Assembly (NCBI RefSeq): GCF_006345805.1
Contig: NC_043002.1
Span: 13,454,001-13,518,000, forward strand
Reading direction: 5' to 3'
Length of the DNA stretch: 64,000 nt
Source: Octopus sinensis
Lineage: Eukaryota
Below, one piece after another: positions 40,702-51,937 of this stretch. Positions within the stretch are counted from its first letter, which is position 1. The number at the start of each line of letters is the position of its first letter. A model generated the notes under the pieces. The model was not told where the DNA came from. It made no database searches and saw only the letters and a list, made by a program, of their open reading frames with translations. The position numbers and the translations under genes were made by a program.

Positions 40702-40905
40702 TTGCAGCGTGGAAGGTGTTTATAAGCCATTTAAGAACACACAAAAACCGTTAGATTCACTTCAACATTTAAATTTAATTTGTCAAAATATTTCGTCGCT
40801 TTGAGACTTCGACCTGTTCACTGACAAAACTTCGTGCTGCATGAAGTGAATCTAACGGTTTTTGTGTGTTTCTTAAATGACTTATAAACACCTTCCACGC
40901 TGCAA
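40702..40905. repeat. 63-bp inverted repeat (PLE-type terminus plus inverted copy) enclosing a variant hammerhead-like motif
   Basis: Arms 40702-40764 and 40842-40905; abuts (TA)n. Confidence 0.8.
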
Positions 40906-40982
40906 TAGTTTTCGCACCACCACACGATCTCAGATCAAGTCACTCGCTATGCAAGTACATCTCCGTAATCTTTATATATATA

Positions 40983-41040
<58 letters not shown>

Positions 41041-41043
<3 letters not shown>

Positions 41044-42290
41044 TACAGGCCAATTTCTCTGGCTTCACATATCGGTGAAGTCATGGAGCAAATCATTAGA
41101 AAGAAGTTGATAATGTTCCTAGACGAAAATGACCTACTGAACAATACACAGCATGGCTTCCGTCCAGGAAGAAGCTGCCTCAAACAACTCCTACAGCATA
41201 TTGACTGGGTTTTGAAACAACTAATTGACCATTCAGATGTCAGCGTAATATACGTTGACTTTGGAAATGCATTAAATAAGTATGATATGTCATAAGCTGC
41301 GGGACCTTGGCATTGCTGGTAAACTGGGAGAATGGCTCCGTGTCTTCCTTAAAGATTGAAGTCAAACAGTTGCAGCTAATGGTGCCCTTTCTGAAGAAAC
41401 TCAAAAATCCTAAGTGGCGTCTCCTAGGCAACTGTTCTTGGGTCCATTACTGTTCATAACATCCCTCTTAGACATACATACAATCACTCAGACAACCACT
41501 GTCACTTGCTATGCCGAAGATACAAAATTATAAGCAATAAAATATCAAGATGACATCGCAAGCTTACAGCAGGACCTGAATTCGATATACAAGTGGTCGG
41601 AAATAAACAATATGTAGTTTAATGCTGGAAAATTTCAAGCACTGCACTATTAACTCATGAATGCACTACAGTCCGCATATGCAGGACCGGAAGGCACTTC
41701 AATCCCAGAGTCACATGCAGTAAAAACTAAGGGATCGGTATGTGCAATGACGGCGAGCTGGCAGAATCGTTAGCACGCTGGACGGAATGCTTAGCGGTAT
41801 TTCGTCTGCCGCTACGTTCTGAGTTCAAATTCCGCCGAGGTCGACTTTGCCTTTCATCCTTTCGGGGTCGATTAAATAAGTACCAGTTACGTACTGGGGT
41901 CGATATAATCGACTTAATCCGTTTGTCTGTCCTTGTTTGTCCCCTCTGTGTTTAGCCCCTTGTGGGTAGTAAAGAAATAGGTATGTGCAATGACGCATAA
42001 TTTTATATGCACACTAGCAAGATGGCAGCAAAGTGCAGACAACTGGCAGGGTGGATAGTGAGGTCGTTCAGGACAAGAGACGAAGAAACTATGTTGACCC
42101 TGCGCAGAAACTTTGTTTTCAGTCAACTGGATTACTGCTCCCAGTTATAGTCACCACATAGTGCCAAACTAACAGCGGAGCTTGAAGCAGTCCAACGCTA
42201 CTACACTAAAAAGATAGAAACAGCGCAATGGAGGGACTACAGGGAATCAAAGAGCGGAATAAAACTCCCTTATGAACCAAATGGGCCAAC
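41041..42290 (+). mobile_element. Decayed CR1/L2-group LINE RT region split by a SINE
   Basis: QHGFRPGRSC, YVDF..A, AED, LDYCSQL*SP, LEAVQR. Confidence 0.8.
41753..41979 (+). mobile_element. SINE family A
   Basis: 16-bp TSD GGTATGTGCAATGACG. Confidence 0.95.
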
Positions 42291-42432
42291 AGCTGGGACA
42301 AAGGCACATACAGAGTGGTGATGTGGAACATCCCAGACTGAGGAAATCAGAAGACCGCGGTAGTGCTCCAACATGACTGCAACCACATGGCTGAAATGAG
42401 AAAAAGAGTAAAAGCGTAAAGGTATATATATA

Positions 42433-42835
42433 GGCGCAGGGGTGACTATAGGCGTAGGAGTGTGGTAAGTAGCTTGCTTATCAATCACATGGTTTCGGGT
42501 TCAGTCCCACTGCGTGGCACCTTGGTCAAATGTCTCCTACTATAGCTTCGGTCTGTCCAAAACCTTGTGAGAGGATTTGGTAGATGGAAACTGTTAGAAG
42601 CCCGTTGTATATATATATATATTATATATATATATCTCTGTGTGTGTGTGTGTGTGTGTTCGTGTGTCTGCGTTTTGCTTGACAGCTGATGCTGGCGTGT
42701 TAACGTCCCCATAACCTAGCGGTTCGGCAAAATGACCCGATGGCATACAAAGAATATCCTGGGGTCGATTTGCTCGACTAAAGGCAGTGCTCCAGCATGG
42801 CCGCAGTCAAGTCACTGAAGCAAGTAAAAGAATAA
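42433..42835 (+). mobile_element. SINE family C, complete (tRNA-like head, CORE-like segment, internal microsatellite, LINE-like tail)
   Basis: GGTAAGTAGCTTGC..GGGTTCAGTCCC..CCTTGGTCAAATG, then (TA)n(TG)n, then tail CCAGCATGGCCGCAGTC. Confidence 0.88.
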
Positions 42836-42939
42836 AAGAAAAAATGTGTGTCTGTGTGAATGTGTAAATGTGTTTGTGTGTATACACATATGTATATACA
42901 TATATACATATATAATGTTTTTATGTATGTATATATATA

Positions 42940-43017
<78 letters not shown>

Positions 43018-43437
43018 GTGTGTGTGTATGTGTGTGTGTGTGCACGTACAAGCGCACGTGAAGAGAAGGATACAGATATTGTAACAGCCAAGAATGAAAA
43101 TAAAGTAAGAAAATGAAATAAAAAAAAGAATAAAAACAAATAATATGATTGGAAAGATTTTAAATTAATTCTTTTTCCCTCCCAATCCTTCAGGTACTCC
43201 TTGATAACTTGAAGAATAATTAACGAATTTAATAAATAAATCAACGTCATCTCTATATAAGCCAGTTTTAAGACGGGCATCACGTTGGATACGATGACGT
43301 CATTTGGAAGCCATGTAAATAATTTTGTTGACCGGCTTGTAAGTTCGTTCAAATTTGATTTATTAATCAATTAGCTGGCTGGTCGGTCGGTTGGTTTGTT
43401 GGGAACCACCATCAGTAAAAAGAACAGAAACCAAAAT

Positions 43438-43822
43438 GTGGAAGTACTCCGTCGGTTACGACGACGAGGGTTCCGGTTGATCCGAATCAACGGAACAGCC
43501 TGCTCGTGAAATTAACGTGTAAGTGGCTGAGCACTCCACAGACACGTGTACCCTTAACGTAGTTCTCGGGGATATTCAGCGTGACACAGAGAGTGACAAG
43601 GCCGGCCCTTTGAAATACAGGTACAACAGAAACAGGAAGTAAGAGTGAGAGAAAGTTGTGGTGAAAGAGTACAGCAGGGATCACCACCATCCCCTGCCAG
43701 AGCCTCGTAGAGCTTTTAGGTGTTTTCGCTCAATAAACACTCACAACGCCCGGTCTGGGAATCGAAACCACGATCCTACGACGGCGAGTCCGCTGCCCTA
43801 ACCACTGGGCCATTGCGCCTCC
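43438..43822 (-). mobile_element. SINE type B-prime
   Basis: TSD ACAGAAACCAAAAT. Confidence 0.93.
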
Positions 43823-44065
43823 ACAGAAACCAAAATAACGATGACAACAACAACTAAGTAAAGCTAACACATAATTTACGATCGCTCTGAGCGAAAATTA
43901 ATATTCATTTAATAAACGAAGAGTGTGGCAATAAAACCTTCTCCATGTTGTAGGCAGACGACCAGTTTTACCGGAAACGTACGATATGCACCGATCAAAA
44001 CAATTATAACAGCTAACAAAAAAAAAAACAAACGATAAAACATTATCTGCATGAAAACACCATTG

Positions 44066-44511
44066 GGATCTTTCCGGTTTGAACGGCAGTTTTTCTAGCG
44101 GTGTCAAATAAGATTGTCACCCATAATTATGACCCTAGTATCGATCTATTGCATTTCAATCTATTTTAGGGTTAGGGTTAGTTAGAGTTAGTTAGGGTTA
44201 GGGCTGGGGGTGGGGGGAAGGGTATCTTTTTTTTCTTCACAAATGTAAATAAACCCAATCTGTTTCTTAAATGAGGGACATATTCATACGGCACAGAATG
44301 TTTCTTTTTACCTCAGATATGTCAGTGATTGGTTGAAATTGCAGAAATTGAAGAAAAAACAACAACAAATATCTTACAAACTATAGAATTTTCTCAAGAA
44401 AGCCAAGAGAAAAAGATGTTTTATAAACACATTCTACCAGTATACGAAGTTTAAAATTTTGTAGTTACCTAGAAATTATGTTAAAAACTGCCGTTCAAAC
44501 CGAAAAGAACC
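44066..44511 (+). mobile_element. MITE with ~29-bp GG-starting TIRs and 8-bp TSD (Merlin-like); partial copy at 45005-45294
   Basis: TIR GGATCTTTCCGGTTTGAACGGCAGTTTTT; TSD CACCATTG/CACCATCG. Confidence 0.75.
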
Positions 44512-44789
44512 CACCATCGCTGTTTGCCTAACTTTAGTAGCATCAAACCAATGCTCGGGTAAAATATTTCTACAAGAAGCGAATCGTGAGATAGAAATTC
44601 CGAAGTCAAGCGTCCATTGCATTTTGAAGTGTTGTCCTTGGGAAAGTGTTATTCGTTTCTTTTTTGATAAGTATTCCCAGATCAGCCTTAGTCGAAAGAA
44701 ACTACAATACAATTATAACAACCATTCTGTTATTCTGTGGATCTTTTCGCTTTGACCTGCAGATTTTTAAAGCTCTGTTAGTTAGTTAG

Positions 44790-44985
44790 TTAATTCTTTG
44801 GCTCAAAAGCAAAAAGCAGGGCCATGTAGGGGGACATGGAGTTAAATACAGGGTGGTGTTCATGTAAAGAGTTCAGGCCACTTGAGGTCAAGGGAGACTT
44901 TGAACGAAGCGGTCGTCGGCATCTTCACCATCTCGTCTGGCAGCTTGTTCCACGGATCCGCAACCCAACTGTTTACGAGTGATCC
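44790..44985 (-). mobile_element. CR1 LINE 3' fragment
   Basis: VADPWNKLPDEMV...SFKVSLD. Confidence 0.8.
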
Positions 44986-45530
44986 CTCAGTTTTTGGCCA
45001 CAGGGTATCTTTTTTTCTTATAAATAACGGACATGTTCATATGATACCGCCAGAAAATGTTGTTGACAACGATCCGGCAGAAATTGAATTCACCTCAATA
45101 GACGTCATTGATTGGTTGAAATTGCCGAATTGTAAGAGATTACAGAACAAATAGCTTACAAACTACAGAATTTTCTCAAGAAAGCCAAGAGAAAAAGATG
45201 TTTTATAAACACATTCTACCAGTATACGAAGTTTAAAAGTGTTTAGTTACAAAGAAATTATTTTAAAAATCTGCCGGTCAAAGCGAAAAGATCCTATTCT
45301 GTTGTTTATATTTTAGAAACTATATTATTCTGTGTAACCTTTATGGGGTAATGTGCGAACTGATAGTTTTTCTAAGAGGTTGAGTGACTTCGTGTCACGT
45401 CCATAATAAACAACATTGCTAATGAACAATTCTCTCTGTCTTTTTCTTAGTTGTTTTCTGTCATATACTCTGAGTCGGTAGCTGAACTAACATGCAACTT
45501 TAAATCATTGCTTCAGCCAACTGATGACAT

Positions 45531-45815
45531 CGGCGAGTTGGCAGAAACGTTAGCACGTCGGGCGAAATGCTTAGCGGTATTTCGTCCGCCGCTGCGTTCT
45601 GAGTTTAAATTCCGCCGAGGTCGACTTTGCCTTTCATCCTTTCGGGGTCGATAAATTAAGTACCAGTTACGCACTGGGGTAGATGTAATCGACTTAATGT
45701 CTGTCCTTGATTGTCCCCTCTATGTGTAACCCCTTGTGGGTAGTAAAGAAATAGGTATTTCGTTTGTCTTTTCATTCTGAGTTCAAATTCCGCCGAGGTC
45801 GACTTTACCTTTCGT
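45531..45815 (+). mobile_element. SINE family A plus tandem partial copy
   Basis: Junction AAAGAAATAGGTATTTCG. Confidence 0.9.
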
Positions 45816-46637
45816 ATATTTTATTTATGAGCCCTACGTGGTTAATAAAGAAATCTGTAGACACAGAGACGGTGATAAGAAGGTGAATTTTTTCCCCGCT
45901 TTGCAAAGCAATTCTTTCCGACGCTCTAACAATTCTGCCAACTCACAATAAATATATACACATAGAACTGGGCAAAAGTAATAAAATCCAGTTCCTCGTC
46001 CAGCTATGATGACCAACTTATTTTCAAGTATTAGAAATGCAGGGTTCGTCCGAGAAACATTCTATATTTTACATTACCTTTGCTGTGGCGCTAGTAAGGT
46101 GTCTGTCTGTAGCTAATGAACGATAGTTTGATTTTTCGGTGAACCCCCATGATTTATACTGATGCACTCCAAGTATTTACTATTTACAGTCTATGACAGC
46201 ATCGACGGTACTTTTGATTCTTTTTCCACCGACCAATCATTTCCCCAGGCCCTAAACATCTCAGAAAGCGGGGAAACTCGTCGCGAAGTTCATATAGGTC
46301 TGAGTATTTTTTAAAACTTTTATTTACTACTCCCTGTATATCCAGCTGTCTGGGAAATTAATTGAATGAAATTGTAAATAAAACCTAATCTTTAATGTCA
46401 GAAAGACCTTTAATTTCACGTGAAGGCAATGTCAATCTACACTGTCTACCTTTCTCTCTAATCATATGCATGTTATTGAAGTGTCATCAGCGTGTAAACC
46501 TTGTAGTCAGCAAAACCTCAACTGATAAGATAAACGAAATTTTCATTCATTTGAACCACAGACGGCACCATAATTTTCCCCCAACCTAGTCCTAGTTAAT
46601 ACCCTTTCGATTCTGTTCTCTATAAAATATACCATAC

Positions 46638-47947
46638 TCTTTTACTTGTTTCAGTCATTTGACCGCGGCCATGTTGGAGCACCGCCTTTAGCCGAACAAA
46701 TCGACCCCAGGACTTATTCTTTGTAAGCCTAGTACTTATTCTATAGGTCTCTTTTGCCGAACTGCTAAGTTACAGGGACGTAAACACACCAGCATCGGTT
46801 GTCAAGCGATGTTGTGGAGGGAGACAAACACAGACACACAAACATATACACATACATACATACATACATACATACATACATACATACATACATACATGTA
46901 ATGTTCGTCCTTCGGTTCGAAGATGACCAACTGACATCATCTGATGGAACTGCCGCCATGAGACCTGAGGTGGCTGGTGAGGCCAATCCGGGCAAGGAAG
47001 CCCCTCCCACAGGTGGGGCAGAAGTGGGTAGGGGCCGTGCTACTGGTGCAGGCGGCTCTGGCTTTACGCATCTGACGTTTCTGCTCCGCTGACCGAATCC
47101 GTCCCTCCTCGGCTATCCCTGCTCCCACGGTGATTGCGCTGCGCCAGGATGAGCGGTTGGCAGCAAGTGTCTCCCAGGTCTCTGTTCCGATGGAGAAGTC
47201 TTTGAGAGAGACCTTGAGACTATCCTTGTAGCGCTTCTTCTGCCCTCCGACTTTGCGCCTGCCCTGGCCGAGTTCACCGTAGAAGAGCTGTTTTGGGATG
47301 CGAGTGTCGGACATGCGGGAGACGTGGCCCGCCCATCTCAGCTGGGCCTTGCGCATGATTGTGATGGTGCTAGGGAGATCTGCCTGCTTCAGAACTTCCG
47401 TGTCTGGGACTTTGTCCTGCCAGCGGATGTGAAGGAGGTTCCGAAGACACCTGAGATGGAAGTGGTTTATCTGGCGCTCGTGCCTTCGGTAAGCAGTCCA
47501 CGTCTCGCAGCCGTATAGTAGGGTGGTAAGCACGACTGCCCGGTAGACTTTCAGCTTGGTGTTGAGGCTGATTCCTCTCCGCTCCCAGACTTTCTTTCGC
47601 AGTCTCCCAAACGCGCTGCTTGCCTTGGAGATTCTGTTGATGGTTTCAGCATCTATGTTGGCATTGCAGGAGAGAGTGCTGCCCAGGCAGGTGAAGTTTT
47701 CCACCACTCGTAGGATCCGTCCGTTCACCCTTATCTGAGGCTCATGGTATTGTATACATACATACATACATATATAAGACGGACTTCTGTCAGTTTCCGT
47801 CTACCATATCCACTCACAAGAGTGGATATGGTCGGTCCGAAGCTACAGTAGAAGACACTTGCGCAAGGTGCCACGCAGTGGGACTGAACCCGGAACCATG
47901 TGGGTTGTAAGCAAGCTACTTACCACACAGCCACTTCTGCGCCTATA
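46638..47947 (-). mobile_element. SINE family C interrupted in its microsatellite by an RTE
   Basis: Tail 46638-46845, head 47775-47947. Confidence 0.88.
46899..47750 (-). mobile_element. Young RTE LINE 3' fragment with a single C2H2 finger
   Basis: Uninterrupted ORF 46937-47767: LGS, LLYGCETW, LRWAGHV, CPTCGRGFLARIGLTSHLRSH; (TATG)n tail. Confidence 0.95.
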
Positions 47948-48164
47948 CGTTGATAAATTACTTAATCAATGAATAATTTTCATACATAACTACATCCTTT
48001 TAATGTCATTTTAATAACTGGTAGTGATGTAGTTTATACATCAGTAAAGATCAAGCTTAATCCACCCTCAATGTCTTTATTTAATTTTTAACGATTTTAT
48101 ATTCAAGAATTCTCTCCCTTATCCCTCCTGACACGATTTGTTGCTAACATAAATGATTTCCCAT

Positions 48165-48430
48165 TACTCGCGGTGTGCAATTAACTCAGGAAAGGATTAT
48201 GGTACTAAATATGGAAGTTTTGCTGCATCCTCTTTTTTTTCCTGACCTTGGTCCATCTGGCTATCAACATTTCTGGTCATTGCAACATTATTTAGCGGGA
48301 AAAAGTTTATTAATTGTTAAATATGATGCTGAGTATTTCTTTGTTTCGAACCTGAAGAATTTTACTTCCGAAGGATCAACAATTTGCCAAATACATAAGA
48401 TTATGCTATCAATATAGAAGGGAAAATATT
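48165..48430 (+). mobile_element. Decayed mariner C-terminal fragment
   Basis: EVLLHPLFFPDLGPSGY, a decayed HPPYSPDLAPSDY. Confidence 0.6.
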
Positions 48431-48800
48431 ATCTCTATATATATAAACGGCAAAATGTCTGTCTGTGTGTGTGTCCTTTATACAAATCCACAATTATTTA
48501 GTCAGAGGGCTCGCACTTTCTATGGTCATTCAAAACCGTCCAAGGGTGGTCGTGCACATCTTTACATTTCCCCAGTCACCCCGCAAAGCCATAAAAAAAA
48601 ATCAATAGCAGTGACTTTTTGTGAATTTTCTATCCAAAACCCAATCAAAATGCCGGAAACTTGATACGCCAATTGAATGCCAGCTAGCTGTATGTGATTG
48701 GTCGGAGATTTGGACAGTACTCGCGTGTATGTGCGCACGCTCGCAGCTGTATATGCATGCACTAGCACTATGACCCAGCGTTGCCGGGTCATAGTGCTAG
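48431..48800 (+). mobile_element. HINE-like element
   Basis: Starts ATCTCTATATATATAAA; ends in hairpin ...GGGTCATAGTGCTAG. Confidence 0.65.
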
Positions 48801-49390
48801 ACTTGACTAAATATATCAATAAAAACTAAAGAAGCATTTGTTTCTTTCTCATCTTAAAATACGACAGGCCTATCTTTCCAACTTAATATATGAACCTCAG
48901 AGAAAGCACATCGCATAATGTAATCTTACATATACTATGATTGAAAAAAGACGAGATATTCATAGCTGAAATGACTTAGATCATAGATTAGCCGAGGGAC
49001 AAGATGGCGCTAAATGAAACAAGAATAGCTTTTGTTGTCTTTTCACAAAAGTATTGTCTTTTGTTTCATCACAAGGTCAGCAATTTCAAAAGGAAAAGTC
49101 AGTCAATTGCATCGATTCTGGTACGTGACTGCTACTTTATTTTATCGATCTTGTAGTGATGAAAGGTCAAGTTGACCACAGAGGTGTTTGTGGAGTGGGG
49201 TTGGGATTTGAGTTCAGAGATTATAGACTTCCAATATAGCTCGTAAAGTATTTTGTCAGATACTCTACCGCTTCTGCCAACAGGCAAACATTCATACATA
49301 GATACAAGACTTATACATACAAAGAAAGATTAATGACTGTACTAGTTCGTATGTATGTATGTATGTATGTATGTATGTATGTATGTATGT

Positions 49391-49890
49391 ATTTCTTTAC
49401 TACCCACAAGGGGTTAAACACAGAGGTGACAAACAAGGACAGACAAACGGATTAAGTCGATTATATCAACCCCAGTGCGTGACTGCTACTTAATTTATCG
49501 ACCCCGAAAGGATGAAAGGCAAAGTCGACCTCGGCGGAATTTGAACCCAGAACGTAACGGCAGACGAAATACGGCTACGCATTTCAGCCAACTGATGACA
49601 TCGGCGAGTTTACAGAAACGTTAGCACGTCGGGCGAAATGCTTAGCGGTATTTCGTACGCCGCTGCGTTCTGAGTTCAAATTCCGCCGAGGTCGACTTTG
49701 CCTTTCATCCTTTCGGGGTCGATTAAATAAGTACCAGTTACGCACTGGGATCGATATAATCGACTTAATCCGTTTGTCTGTCCTTGATTGTCCTCTCTGT
49801 GTTTAGCCCCTTGTGGGTAGTAAAGAAATAGGTATTTCGTCTGACTTTACGTTCTGGGTTCAAATTCCGCCGAATTTTGGGCAGTAAAGA
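49391..49890. mobile_element. Head-to-head SINE family A pair (minus 49391-49582, plus 49600-49890 with tandem partial)
   Basis: Consensus matches. Confidence 0.9.
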
Positions 49891-50058
49891 AATAAGAAAG
49901 TAACGAAATCAGTTCCCAGGATTTGTAAATACGTGGTTGGGTTAGCGTGTGCACAGATACAGGTCTACGCTCCTGCACTTACGTTGTGAGAACCTGATTC
50001 TGTAGTACTTAGGTACTTGTGTGTGTGTGCATGTCTTCATTTAAAGAACACGTACATG

Positions 50059-50093
<35 letters not shown>

Positions 50094-50180
50094 CTATCTA
50101 TCTATCTATCTATCTATTATCTATCTATATCTACATGTATACGTATGTATGTACACACACAGACACACACAATCATACAT

Positions 50181-50243
<63 letters not shown>

Positions 50244-50246
<3 letters not shown>

Positions 50247-51316
50247 TATCAGAGATACCCGGCGTTTCCCGGTTACATTCAATTGAAGAATTAGACTTTC
50301 CTGTTATATTTTCTGAATGAACTGGAATATCTATGTTTCGAATTTCATCAAAATTGCAGATGAGGGTCATTTCCCTCTTTGCACACCCTAAAAAATTGTA
50401 ATCGTGCCACATGGAAACCAAAAGACGAATGATCACTATAAGTAGTCAGTTACCCTACCCTAGTCGTTACCACCCCAATGTAGGATTCCTCACCATCCAG
50501 GTGACAGGCACAGCTGTAAGATGCATTACAAATCTATAGCAATTGGAAGGGCTTGAAACCAACTGAAATCAACATTAACAACTGTGTGATGCGAGGGCTT
50601 AGGAGAAATTAAAGTGTCACTTCTGGAGTTTGCAAATGACCACTATACTGATACGTAACTGGACAGAATTAATTTAAAATCTATAAATGTCTTTGAATAA
50701 CCAGTCACTCATCTTGGAAGGCCTTGTAATCAATGTTACCATCTGGGGACTATGTGTGACTGAGTGATAATAAAAAGACTGAAAGGAGGTCTGCAATCAA
50801 ATATTTTTACTTAACACTTTGCAACTGAATCAGTGGAGACAAAGATGCCTCTCATTTACTTAACAATTTATGCACCACATTGCAGAAATCACAATGTAAG
50901 TGTATGTCAAAGCAAACTGTTACACTGTTGTACCATTGAATTAGAAATAATGCCCAACTTTTATGCTCGGGTAACCCTACAGCTCCCAAGAGCACAACTG
51001 TATTCGTTTTTGCTTAGATTAAATGACAAAATTGTGGGTTTTAAGTCCCCATGGAGGGGTCTTTCTAACTTTGTAAGAAGATGAAATTTTATAAATATTA
51101 CTTCATTTGTGTCTAATATCTATGGTTAAAATTTCAACAGCAAAAATATATGAATTGTCATGGAGGTTATGGCCCTTATATTAGAATATAATTTTCAAAT
51201 TTCATAAAGATCCATTCAGTACTTTTGACCTAGTTTTGGATCATAAAAGAAATTACTAAAATTTGGGAGTTAATGCTCCCATTAGGGTGTTATATATATA
51301 TATATATTTATAAGAT
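50244..51316 (-). mobile_element. Possible long HINE-like element
   Basis: ACTATCAGAGATACCCGGCGTTTCCCGG end and TATATTTATAAGAT end resemble 13179-13576; interior not assignable. Confidence 0.35.
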
Positions 51317-51413
51317 CAGCAACAATTTAGATTCAAATGAATATGGTACTTAATTTAGATGCACCAGAATTTTGTATGGTGTTACCCATAAAAATTTGCG
51401 GGGTGATTATGAT

Positions 51414-51849
51414 CAAAAATAAGCAACAAGAATGACTCCGGTAAGTTGGTACAATTGTTTCGCGTTACAACATTTTATTAAAAGCTGTAAGTATTACAGC
51501 AGATTTAAGATGCTGAGTGCTCTTCAGCCAATTATATAGGTTTTCCAATAATATAAAAGCTTTCAAATCAAGTAGTAACATTTTAGAGAAGGTAGATATA
51601 CAGACAAAGATGTAGATTTAAATTTTAAGAACATATGAGGTTGTGAAGTTCAGTTTCTAACTGACCAAAACTCTGGTTGTATCTATGTTACTACTTGATT
51701 TGAAAGCTTTTATATTATTGGAAAACCTATATAATTGGCTGAAGAGCACTCAGCATCTTAAATCTGCTGTAATACTTACAGCTTTTAATAAAATGTTGTA
51801 GTGCGAAACAATTGTACCAAATTACCAGATTCATTCTTGTTGCTTATTT

Positions 51850-51852
<3 letters not shown>
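51414..51852 (+). mobile_element. Short PLE 3' end with inverted pseudo-LTR copy
   Basis: 167-bp arms 51414-51580 and 51686-51852, 105-bp spacer; abuts (TA)n. Confidence 0.8.
51735..51820 (+). ncRNA. Type I hammerhead ribozyme, canonical; inverted copy at 51446-51531
   Basis: TTGG-CTGAAGA-GCACT...AGTGC-GAAAC(AATT)GT-A-CCAA; predicted GUA cleavage after 51816. Confidence 0.85.
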
Positions 51853-51880
<28 letters not shown>

Positions 51881-51883
51881 TAT

Positions 51884-51935
<52 letters not shown>

Positions 51936-51937
51936 TA

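Noticed and set aside
43250-43370. NVMPVLKLAY resembling DVVPVLVLAF of exon C
   Set aside because: No convincing splice sites and the upstream motif is absent.
46190-46297. 108-nt plus-strand open segment with AG/GT ends (YDSIDGTFDSFSTDQSFPQALNISESGETRREVHI)
   Set aside because: Isolated, weak donor, no partner exon; cannot be distinguished from chance.
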